A program made the position numbers and the translations under genes. 64,000 bases of DNA, taken from positions 10,994,463 through 11,058,462 of the forward strand of contig OZ037770.1 in NCBI GenBank assembly GCA_964035545.1, given 5' to 3'. The notes beneath the pieces are model-generated. The model was not told where the DNA came from and ran no database searches. It was given only the letters and a program-made list of their open reading frames with translations. The stretch comes from Bugula neritina. Lineage: Eukaryota > Animalia > Bryozoa. The first letter of the stretch is position 1; every line of letters begins with the position of its first letter. This document shows positions 13,316 to 24,706 of this stretch, in pieces.

Positions 13316-14689
13316 CAGCTCCTGCCCGACACTTCATTAAAAAAGTTGCTGCTTTGACTTTTTTTCTCCCTTTTAAATTATGACCTTTGAAATTTTTAAA
13401 CACTTAGTAATATCATACTTAGCTTTTCTAATTTTTCCGGTTTCAACTTTACTGTAACAAATAAACATCGTTTTGTTTAGTAATCAACATACTTGCATAA
13501 TTTTTATATAAAAATTAATTTTTGTTGTAAGCATTTCATTTTTAATAAAACTTTGTCTTTTCACTTAAAATATTTTTCACTATTGATATTTCCTTAATCA
13601 ATATTAAAGTATAAAAATATCAGTAAAGCTTCCAAATAGGGCTGACAAGCATTTTTACATTTCAAGTAAAATTCAACTACTAGTGCATATTGAGTGTTTG
13701 ATTGTATTATGTCATTGTAAAAGTATGTCAATATAAATCCTCACAATGATAACTGTAACAGAAAGTGCTAAAAGCTATATCTGCTGTGTAAGAATCATAC
13801 ATGCAATGTTGCAATAGTTCTTTGCAATTGAATATAAATCCTATGCTAAAAATAATAAGTAATTTTGGTGATTCAAATCGCAAGGCACGAGCTGTTAGGT
13901 CCGAAACCTCAGCGCAACTGTCGTTTTATGAATAATTGAATAATAGGTTTGTGCAATACTCTTTGTGCATATAGCTGTTATTAGCAGGTCATATTATTAG
14001 TAGTATATTAGTAGCTTTATATTATTATTCTCTAAGGACATGAATGCTAGGGTGAGGATTGACTACATTTCGTGGCCTGAATGCCTTAAGAAGAAAAAGT
14101 GAAAATGATCAGCGGCTCTTAGAATTCTGCAGTAGAAACAGTTTAAGCATTAAAAAAAGTTCCTTCCCTAGTAAACAGCACAGAAAAACTATTTTTGTTT
14201 GAAGACTTGGCACCAACTTGACTTTGTGATTATATTTTATCAAAAACAGCAATATAAAGTCCTTAACACAAGTACCTACTACAGTGCTGCAGACTGCGAC
14301 ACTGATCACAGCTCTATTGTATCATCAATGGCATTGCAGGCTAAACCAGTGGTTCCCAACCTCTTTTATACTATTCCCCCCTTTCCTAAATGTTGGCTAT
14401 TAATTCCCCGCCTTTTGAAAATCGAAACAAATTTATGACTGACATAATGATAATATATATGATACAATGCAATGTATTTTGTTCAATTATATTTGCATAT
14501 AACATTATAACTATCACAATATTGTGATAGTTATAATTGAACTGCTCTGTATTTTATAACAATAATATAACTATAAAGTTATATTATTGTTATAAAATAC
14601 AGAGCAGTTCAATTATTAATGTTATGGCTGCAGTTGATGCTTTTGTGCCAGCTTGCTTAAGCCTGGCTCTGTTTTTGACCAGGCCAATC

Positions 14690-16244
14690 TGTAGTGAATT
14701 TTAAAAATGTAATTAGTAATTTAGTTTATATATCGAAAGGGTCGACTCTATGTCATGTTATTGTGGATGTCAACACATCTTACCCAGCCGACAGCATCTT
14801 ATAGTCGACATTGGCACCACTGATGCTAGCCAATCAGGAGTGACTGCTAATTAGTATCAGGTGGAGCTAGCTACGTATAGTGGAAGCACGCTAAGCAGCT
14901 AGCCGGGCAGACGAACAAACTGGACTACCCGACGGACACGCACACTGATACAGGCATTAATAGGGACGGACAACAATCGACGGAGTGACGAGTGCAGACG
15001 GACTTTTTCAACAATGAAGCGACTAAAGATACACATATCTCAACACTTTACTGCATGTAACTTTCTGTCCCTGTGGGGTCCACCACTTTTACAGGGACGC
15101 TATACTGCGACACCAAAGGACCCAGAACTGTTACATCGGACATTTATACAAAGTCGACGCTGACTCATACACTGAATTTCGAGACTTGATCCTACCACAT
15201 CTGACTGACCCAGACCGCAGACAGACGCTACTGTACCAGTTCTCCGCCACTCGACCGACAGTAGAAAGCGACTCAGACGCAGACCCCCAGTCCCCAGAGA
15301 CCACGACGACAACACATACTTCAGACGTGACAACACAGCCCCTTCGTGTTATTGTGACCCGCACTGGACGCACGATAGAAAAAGACTCACAACCCCCGAC
15401 TACAACTATCTCTTATGTGCCTAGTCGCCAGCAGAGGAAGAGAAAAAGTACTAGAAGTGCGACTAAGGAGAACACTAGCCCTGACCAGTTCCTACTGACA
15501 GACATAAAGAAGTTACAGAGACGTATGGCTCGTCTCTGCAAGGAGCAGAAGAGGGCGACTACTGAGTTAGCTAAATTGCAGACACGACCCGAGAAACGAC
15601 TGGCAAAAGAGTGAACAGAGGAGCTGTTCCCTTTCCCCTTCTCCCCCGTCTTCTTCTACTAGGACTGTGTGTCACGATGTAAATAGACTGTGTGTAACTA
15701 AATAGATTGTGCGTAGTAGAATCTTTTTTATCTCGTGTGTACGTATACTTATCCTGTCATGTATATTCTTTTTCTATCTTTTTTATATATCTAATCTTTT
15801 TAGTAATTCTCCCATGCCTGATTTAATCATAGAGTGTACCTTTCGATAGGTGTGGAGAGTGTAGTGGATTTTAATAATGTAATCAGTAATTTAGTTTATA
15901 TATCGAAAGGGTTGACTCTATGTCATGTTATTGTGGAGGTCAACACATCTTACCCAGCCGACAGCATCTTATAGTCGACAATGGCACCACTGATGCTAGC
16001 CAATCGGGAGTGACCGCTAATTAGTATCAGCTAAGCAGCTAGCCGGGAAGAGCAGCTTGGGACTTGACATAGAGTAGTTGTGTATAGATTGCTCTGCATT
16101 ATGTAATCGCGTAATTAGTTTAGTAGTTTCATTTATTGTATCTTTTGTAAATAATAAATTCTATATAACGTGATCAACCTGGTGAAGTATATAGCTTTGA
16201 ATAAGTAGACCCACATAATATAGTGGATTGTGAAATTCACTACA
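14690..16244 (+). mobile_element. Internally deleted LTR retrotransposon: truncated 5' LTR 14690-~14906, full 3' LTR 15860-16244
   Basis: Direct repeat of ~200 bp at 14690 and 15860; element termini TGTAGTGAATTT...AAATTCACTACA (12-bp inverted, TG..CA); purine-rich AGGTGTGGAGAG directly before the 3' LTR; no gag/pol left. Confidence 0.85.
14940..15614 (+). pseudogene. Accessory ORF of the LTR element (Cys/His zinc-finger-like N-part, T-rich middle, coiled-coil end), frameshifted
   Basis: CRRTFSTMKRLKIHISQH then, after a frameshift near 15060, FCPCGVHHFYRDAILRHQRTQNC...EFRDL continuing in frame into ORF 15186-15614. Confidence 0.55.
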
Positions 16245-17832
16245 CATTTTAAGTCACTTTACAGGTTAAGGCAATTTCTCTTTTCTTTGAAATGATGAAA
16301 ATGTTGTTGGTTTTTGCAAATTTTTTGACCTCCATTTGAAAGTAGCAAAGGAAGCAGTTAGGGTAGAGTAATTAATAAACACATCCATGTAGAAGTAAAC
16401 TGAGAATGTAGAATATCGTATGGTTAAATAAATGAACTAATATGGAGGTTTATAGATGTATATTATACATATACATGTATCTTATGCAAGAGCTCGAAAA
16501 GGTTTCATCAAACTTCGTAAATTTTTCAAAATTTTAAATTTCTCCTTAAAATGTCCGAATTCTCTCCAGGTTGGAAACCACTGGGCTAGACGGTATCATT
16601 GTCAATGTAAATAATCCATGAAGATAGATTTGAGTACAGCAGAGTCACTTGAACTTTGAAAACAATACTGTTATACGTTAAATGCTAAGCTTGGTAAGTT
16701 TAAGGATTTAGGCACTGATGTTGAAAGTTGCTGGAACGACCTGCAAAGAGCCGCATACTCAACTCCACAATTGATACTTTTAGACGTCGGAGGCGTTTAG
16801 ATTATTAATTGAATAGAGAATGATGTGACACCATTGAGCCTATCTTTGAAAGAGAACACGGAGCAATGCTCAAAATGTAATCAATAATTTTTCATGCCTC
16901 ACTTTGGCTCAAAAACCAGTTCATGAAAGTGCGAAGGTATTCTGATATTCAATATGTTCTCATATTGAAATTGCTAAAAACTCTGGAAACAGAAGGAAAT
17001 GTTTACTGTCAGCAAAACAGCCACAGGTCCTTATATTCAGACCTGCAGCATACTGAAGGACAAAATGGCTCTATCATAGCAGACAATTTCTAAAAGCTTT
17101 ATCGCTGGTTAGAGCATTACACAGTGAGCTTTATAGAGCTGTAGGCACAGCCAGCCATAACCATGGCAATAAAATCCCAGACTCGCCATGCAGTTCTAGA
17201 ACATCTAGGTATGACGCACATTTTTTTTAAAAATTATCACTATTATTCAGAACCTATGATCTGGTAAAGCTTCTAGTAGTCATGAAATCCTATTGGAGCT
17301 TTTCAAGTATGGCTTAGACCAACTGGCTAAACATCTACATTGTCTGATGAATAACTGCTGGCTTTCTTGATCTGCACCGCAGGGGTTTAAAGATGCAAAA
17401 TTTACTACTCTGTAAAAAATAGGACCGAATATGTGACAGAAATAACTACCTTGGAATTTCATTATTAAATGTTTCTGGCAGTCTTTGCGGCAACAAGAAG
17501 CTGATACAATATACTCTGAGTCACAATGTGAGTTCCACACACAACGATCAGCAAAAAACATGATTTTTGCTGTTTGCCAAATGATGGAGATTAACCGTGA
17601 GCAGAGAAGACCACGTCGGACTTTAGCTTTTGTAGACCCAGGCAAACTTCTGCCACTCATCACTGGCAAGTTGCAAAAGTTTTCATGCTACGAAACAAAT
17701 TTGTAGGTGAATAATTTTAAAATAAAAATTTGGTCAATTTTAACCTATAAAATCATAGCATCTGCAGGCTAAATCTTTTCAGAAAAATTTTGAGCACTAT
17801 TTTATAACTAGTATTACACTATCGTTTACCTA

Positions 17833-17839
17833 TTATATA

Positions 17840-17911
<72 letters not shown>
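17833..17911. repeat. (TA)n microsatellite
   Basis: Direct reading. Confidence 0.95.
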
Positions 17912-17914
<3 letters not shown>

Positions 17915-17974
17915 AAATGAGTGTTTATAAAACGTTACTAGAGTGCTCTATAGAAATAAATCTAGAGCGTAAAC

Positions 17975-18178
17975 ATTAGAAGAAATAAAATGAGATTTGA
18001 TTAATATAATGGCATTTATTACTAGTAGTTTCGTACACAAGAACGATGTGCACTCGTCAGATAAATTAGCCACTAGTGGCTAATTAGTGGCTAATTTATC
18101 TGACGAGTGCACATCGTTCTTGTGTACGAAACTACTAGTAATAAATGCCATTATATTAATCAAATCTCATTTTATTTC

Positions 18179-18185
<7 letters not shown>
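17975..18185. repeat. Perfect 101-bp-arm inverted repeat with 9-nt spacer
   Basis: 17975-18075 is the reverse complement of 18085-18185. Confidence 0.9.

Positions 18186-18259
<74 letters not shown>
18184..18259. repeat. (TA)n microsatellite
   Basis: Direct reading. Confidence 0.95.
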
Positions 18260-18262
<3 letters not shown>

Positions 18263-19810
18263 AACAATTACAAAATAATAAAGCGCTAGTATAACAAAGG
18301 TTCAAAATAGGATAACACATAAGAAAAATATAATTTGCCCTTTATAATGCAACTGCTATATGTTGATATTCTATATTATGTTGAAGTTATACTCTCCTTG
18401 AATCATGGCTATGAGAGCAAGAGAAAAAATTATAATCATTTAACTTCTGTTTAGGAGTTACCTGATTTTATATAATATTATATATGATGGCTCTTCCTTT
18501 TTGGTGTATGAAGTAGAACATAATTGAACAGCAAATGACACTCTGGTATTTAGCTGCATCCTTTGGGGTTTCAGTTTTCCTTTTTGGAGTTATGCTCTAA
18601 TGCCGGTGAACTCAATAATTTCTATTCAATTTTATCTGCAAGGTTGCAGGGAGGTTTATGCAATTTCAAAGTCACATCAGTTGTTAAAATATTTGAAGGC
18701 AAGGCTTGTCACGTAATATAAATTTTTTTATGCAGCAGCATACCATAAACTCATACTATTAGCATACCTGCATGCCTGTGAAATATGATATAGTATTCAT
18801 CTCTCTGTTCTTCAAAACAGAATTTATGGGAAGTGACTGAAAGAGGTTTCAATGCAAAATATATGTTACACAATTTTAAAAGCATGACTTATACTTCGCA
18901 ATTATTTAATTGCATGAAAACGTAATTTAGTAGAAATCAAATTTATTTGTCTCAGAATCATATAATTGTGGCATCTTAAACACTTTGGCTGTGCACATTT
19001 GTTTGGTAGATTTAAAAAGCAGGTATGAGTACTTCTTAATTTGATTTACTCAAAAATCTTAAGATTTTTTCAGCAGTTCAAGTCAAAAGTTCAAGTTGTG
19101 TAATGCTATTAGTTTTTTATGATTGCTTCTATAAATTGTCTATAAATTTGTTTTTATATCAGCTTTTTGACTTTATTAAAAAATAAATTGTTCAATTTCT
19201 GAAGTGATTTAAGAAATCAGTTTTTATCGTGCAGTGTATTTTATTAATAACATGTATGTAAGTAGAATTTGCTTCGTATTCTACAAAATTCCTATTGAAC
19301 AAACTATCAAATTATATAATTGTTTGCTTATGCTTTATAAGTTTTCAATTGCTTTTCACTAAAAATAGAAATAGTTGCATGTCATGGTTTATCAAAACTG
19401 ACCAATAAACTGCAAGAGCTGGGGAGAATGTAGTGTTTATGCATGAAAGGAATCATTGACTATCTATTCTTGTTCGATACCCACGAAAGGAAGGTGGGCT
19501 GTTTTAATTTATCGATGCTTTAGTAATAATTGTTTTAATTATATTATAGAGATCAATTTCATCATTTTTAAATATTAGCCATAATTTGAATGTCTTCATC
19601 TGACAAAAATTGTGGCGTTGTGTAACGGTGCAACATTATTTTTGTAACCATAAATTTACAAAAGTTTAATTTTAAAAGCATTTTGAGCTTCACTAACTAC
19701 ACCTGATGCTGTTTTGACTATCAAAACTTAACAGTACAATTATATAGCAAATATCTTTTTGTGCATTTCAAATACAGCTAATAGGTTCGCTATTGTTTCT
19801 GCACATACAG

Positions 19811-21879
19811 ATGGAGAAGTGGCTGTCCGTATCGAGTAAATGGAAGGTTTTCGTTTTGATTTTCATCTTCTTATTGCAACTTAACTCAAAGATTGAGGGA
19901 AGACTGTGCCCAGTTGACACTTGGAGTGTACGTATGTTCATTTAGTTTAGTCAAACGCAACATTTTTGATCCTCGTAAATCATATATTGTTTAATTTCAA
20001 AAAAGTGTGCTACTTGGGACGCTAGAAAGTCTAAAAAGTTCACAATATTTTGATTTATGGCAACATTGTTTAGTTAGGAGCAGCTGGTGTGGTGTAGTCG
20101 CTACAGTACTGCATGGCTAAGTACATACAAATGTTTATTTATATAGTCATAACTGCTCTTTTAAGCTACAATAATGTATAAGTCCTGAGCACTGCATATA
20201 CTTCGCAAAAAAAACTTTTTATAAATTATCGCTTTCATAAACTAAAAACATATGTGAGCTTTTTCATCATGCTGATAATTTTTACCACTCATATCATTTG
20301 AGTGGAATTGATTGCAGCTTGAAGTTCTCTATTAAAAACGCTACTTTTGATTTTTTTGACCTTCATTTCTAATTGTTATATATAACTTATTTTGAAATGC
20401 CATTGACTGTTATATAATTTTTATTATAATTAATTTTGAATACCTGTATGAGAGCATTAATAATATTTTATTTTGTAGAATCGGGGCATATTTCTAGACA
20501 TTGATTATGTAGAGGAAAGAAATGTAGCCATTTTTACTTTTGGCAACATGCAAAGTTTGCAAGACTATGACACGGTAAGAAGTTTCTTTTTATACAGTCA
20601 ATTTGTTTAAACTTGAATAATAATTCAGATATTTGCTAATCTTCAAAAATATATATAACACAGCAAACAAAATAAATTTGCAGCACTGAAAATAATATTT
20701 ATAATTGTAGGTGAATTAATAAGTTTTTAACTTGTCAATTTACAGATTGGTTTTGCAACGATGTTTGGGAAACCATATTTTTTTACAATTGGGAGCCAAT
20801 ATCAAATATGTGTATCTCAAAAAACTGCTGTACAGCAAAAAAACATATATACTAAATCATCTGCATTTTGTAACAATTTTGCTTTAGTGCAAAATTGTCC
20901 ATCGATTGGTATTTTTAGATAACTGTTTAAAGTTTGTGCCTGCAATAATTTTACAGGGTGTAAATATAGTGAAGAATCCAGTGACTGGTGTGTGCTATGT
21001 GACAAAGCTCCAGCAATCACCTGACTCTGGCGAAGATTGGCAAGTTTACCTGAATGGCTCCATGCCTGCTTGTCGGCTCAAAAGCACCCCCTACACGCTC
21101 AGCAATGTGACGGAAATGGAAGACACTAGCTACCTGCCCCCTGAGGCTCATGAGATTTGTCTTGATGGATACAAGGAAGCAGACGTGATGCCTTTGATTA
21201 GACGTAGACGTTGTAAGTATTAAACTGTTACGTTTCTTGTAGGCTAGAAAGTATAACAAACCTTTTTTATTTGTTTTGTATTTTCCAATTATTATTGTTA
21301 AAATAAAAGCACAGCGTTATTTAGTTAGCATTACTTTGATTTCTAACTGTTGCTTGAGGCTATATAATATGTATCATTTTTAAAATTTTGAAATGCACTT
21401 TTTCCATTTTGCTTGACCATTCTAAAGTGCGTTTAGCTTAGAAAAATTGAAAACATTTTTGAGATTTAAAAAGGTTTAACCATAATTTTTTTATTAATAC
21501 TTCTTTATTTTAAATAAAATAAGCAGACAAAAATTTAGCCGAAATTCTATATTATAAATTGCTGTTGATAGTTCGATTTCCGTGGAGTTACAAACCCAAA
21601 AGAAAACCAAAGCCAAGTTCAATATTTAGGCATGGATTTGGTGGGAGAGGATTTGGTTGGAGCCGAAACAAGTTCTTTGGACGAAAACGCTACTTGTGGA
21701 GAAGAGATATGACCACCCCTACTAGAAGTACTGTGTCCACTGAGACACTGACTATGAATTCAACTTCCATAACTCCCCAACCAACTCCCGAAGCTTCTAC
21801 AACTACTGAGAGCATTCCTGATGAGAAGTGGATAACAGCTCGAGGGACAAGAATTGTTGAGATTGAAATTCAATGTTAG
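19811..21879 (+). CDS. BRICHOS-domain precursor 2 with cationic peptide and S/T-rich spacer (~258 aa); exons 19811-19927, 20479-20574, 20957-21212, 21572-21879
   Basis: All junctions GT-AG and in phase (0,0,1). MEKWLSVSSKWKVFVLIFIFLLQLNSKIEG signal; LQDYDTGVNIVKNPVTGVCYVTKL...LPPEAHEICLDGY; IRRRR-FRFPWSYKPKRKPKPSSIFRHGFGGRGFGWSRNKFFGRKRYLWRR-DMTTP...RIVEIEIQC. Exon sizes match gene 1 (117, 96 vs 99). Confidence 0.85.
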
Positions 21880-22449
21880 ATAGACTTGCTTCCTGTTTTA
21901 AAAAAATACAAAATAATTCTGATTAACCTGCACTAAATACTACATATAACATTGTTTTTAATATATAATATGTGCATGCATGTCTTGCAATTTAATTTAC
22001 TTTATTTCATCTAAATCTTTTTGTTGTTTCATACTAACCAATAATTAGGAGCTGCAAAACAACTTGGTTGCATAATATGCAAATTATATCTATATATAAG
22101 ATAATGAGGAATTTCTTTTAATTTTGTTTTAAAATTTAAACTGTATCATTTTGAAAACTAACCACTGTCAATTTACATGAGAAATAAAGTCTTCCAAAAT
22201 CTTAACTCTGTAAATGTTTACAATTTATCTTTTGCTAAAGTAATGTAAATATACTTCTCCTTATGATCAAAATATACACCTAATATAGATTAAATATTTC
22301 TGTGCTTGCATATAGCTCTTGCTCATCATTATGCTTCTAAAGATTTAATTATTTTTAAATTAAAGTACAGGAACAGACGTTCTCGCCTCATCCAATGCAC
22401 ACGTAAATATATAAGTTTAATTTGCTTTTACATAATTTACTCTGTCTTT

Positions 22450-22578
22450 CACACACACACACACACGCACACACGCACACACGCACACACGCACACACGC
22501 ACACACGCACACACGCACACACGCACACACGCACACACGCACACACGCACACACGCACACACGCACACATGCACACAA
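22450..22578. repeat. (CA)n/(CACACACG)n microsatellite
   Basis: Direct reading. Confidence 0.95.
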
Positions 22579-22849
22579 ACTCATAATTAAAGATGCATTT
22601 GCTAAAATGTATTTAAATAGTGCAAATATGCGAATACAAGGCAAAAGGCACAAGTAGCCAAGAGCTTATCATATAGTATGCAACAGCCTAATTGTGCAGC
22701 TACATAATCAAAGTTCCAACAGTCATAGATGTTTCCATAAGTATGACTTAAGGCTATATTTACTCAGTTTGATTAAAGTAACTACATTAAATATACAATT
22801 TTGCTGGGTATAGTCAACTGTACGTATTAAGTTCTTGATAGCCTGTTAA

Positions 22850-23062
22850 CTCACGCAAGTTTATAGTCACTATAATAATCTATGTGAGAAACCACCGATG
22901 GAACGGGTATGTTGCTAAATCAGGCTAAAAACTTATTCAAATTGAGAACAGAAACAATTATGACTGGATGCTCTGCCTAACATCATTAATGGCCTTTGTC
23001 ATGACTTAAACTCATGGCTTTGTGCTTACTAGGCAAGCGCTCGAACCCCTAGACCACGGCTG
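22850..23062 (-). mobile_element. tRNA-derived SINE copy
   Basis: Homologous to 59890-60095 (aacccctagaccacgg, ctggatgctct, atggcctttgtca, gtttatagtcacta). Confidence 0.75.
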
Positions 23063-24706
23063 CCCCCTATATATGGCTTGATAGGCTGTTGCTGATTTCA
23101 AATTACTTATTTTAAACTTTACGTTAAGATTATGTTTGTCAATTCAGTACAATGCAAGTGTAAGTGTATGATTTACTTTTGGAGTTGAGATTCTCTAGTA
23201 GCTCCTGTATTGCAATGGTTGGCACGTTGGCGTACAAGTCGGAGGGCTGTGGTTTCATGTCTACAAAGAAATATTTTTACAAGGGCATAAGTTCCTTGTT
23301 AGCTGGCGTTACAACTGTGAGGCATGACTCTCAGTTTTAAGAACATTCTTGTTAACAATATATTTTCTATAGAAAGACATTTTATATAAACTGATAAATG
23401 AACAGATAAAATCTGCACCAGGTTAAAAGATTAAACCATTTATCAGCATTCATAATGACTGAAATAAAGAATTTGAATGACAAAAGACTTAATGGGAGAA
23501 AACAAGATCAAATAGATATGATAGAAAGTAGTTTAAGGAAGTTCCGCATTGAAAAAAACAAGCATTCACAGATATAATCTAATTACCTGCGCGGTATTTC
23601 TATAGACTATAGAGCTTAGGCTTGACATCACCTCTATCAGGCTGATGCTACTCGTTTTGATGATGTATAGCTTTGTAATCACCTAAAATCTAGGGTACCA
23701 TCTTTGATTGGCTTCTACTTATTCAAAACATCAGCTATGTCAAATAGAGCAAGAAACAGCAAGTTGTGACATTATAAGTATGTTTAATTTTGACAAGAAG
23801 TCCTCACATTTTACAGCATATGTTGAGACCCATGCTTTATTTGTTAAAAACAAAACTCTAATTTGCTGCTAGAGCAGAATTATAACTTTTGTTTCTGTTA
23901 AACAAATGAAATATGGCTCATTGTATCCAATGTTGATTTATGTACACTAACTGCAGCTACTTCATCAGTTAATTTTACACAAGTTTAGCAGAAGTAATCA
24001 ACGTTGTTTGGATGGAAATTATAGATGAAAAGACACCATAATTATAGCTAAACAAATAGTTATTATATAGCTATTACTGTAAGTATACTATCAACCAAGT
24101 TTTTAAATTATTTTTTCATTTTTAGCACAACAAGGAAAGTAAAATTTTTATTAGATTGAGCTTGAATGTTACATGCATTGCAGTACTTCCTTCTTACTTA
24201 GCCTGTGTTCTCTAAACTATGAAATAAACTTTAAATATATGTATTATTGTCTTGAGCTCAGTCTATGATTTAAACTCATCTTTGTTATCTGTTAACTTGA
24301 CTTCAATACATCTATTGTTTAAGGTTCTATTTGTATCATTGTTAACATATACTCATTGAATTCAATCAGTTGAAACCATCTCTGCGTCCGGGTAACACAC
24401 ATTCTACCAGCTCACAGGTAAATTTATCTACCAGTAAACTTATAGATATGTTTTCTACTTTCATGTACTTATTATAGCTATACGTTTTTTGACTACTTTT
24501 TAAGGAGATATTATGTTTTATAGTGAAAACAGCATTTATTAATGCAAAAAGTAAGCACAATTGATTTTTAGCACTCCTCAAACAATTTTAAGTTTCTTAG
24601 AGTAATCATGCAGTTATGTGTTTTTTGGGTTTCAAGGCTTTGTGGTACTAAATTAACAACAAATTCACTTATGTCTGTTTTATATAATACAGTTTGGAAA
24701 TCAGAA

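Larger units (their letters stand above)
14347..16583. mobile_element. Non-autonomous hAT (Charlie-like) DNA transposon
   Basis: TIRs CAGTGGTTCCCAACCT (14347-14362) / AGGTTGGAAACCACTG (16568-16583); 8-bp TSD GGCTAAAC / GGCTAGAC (7/8 match). Confidence 0.85.
14030..17700 (+). mobile_element. Degenerate RTE-clade LINE (endonuclease end + RT start), interrupted by a hAT element at 14347-16583
   Basis: 5' part gives DMNARV, ENDQRLLEFC, WHQLDFVI, ADCDTDHS (APE endonuclease C-terminus). 3' part gives ELFKYG, PQGFKDA, NNYLGISLL, ESQCEF...RSAKNMIFAVCQMME...REQRRP...AFVD (RT N-terminal motifs), with stops and frameshifts. Confidence 0.8.
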
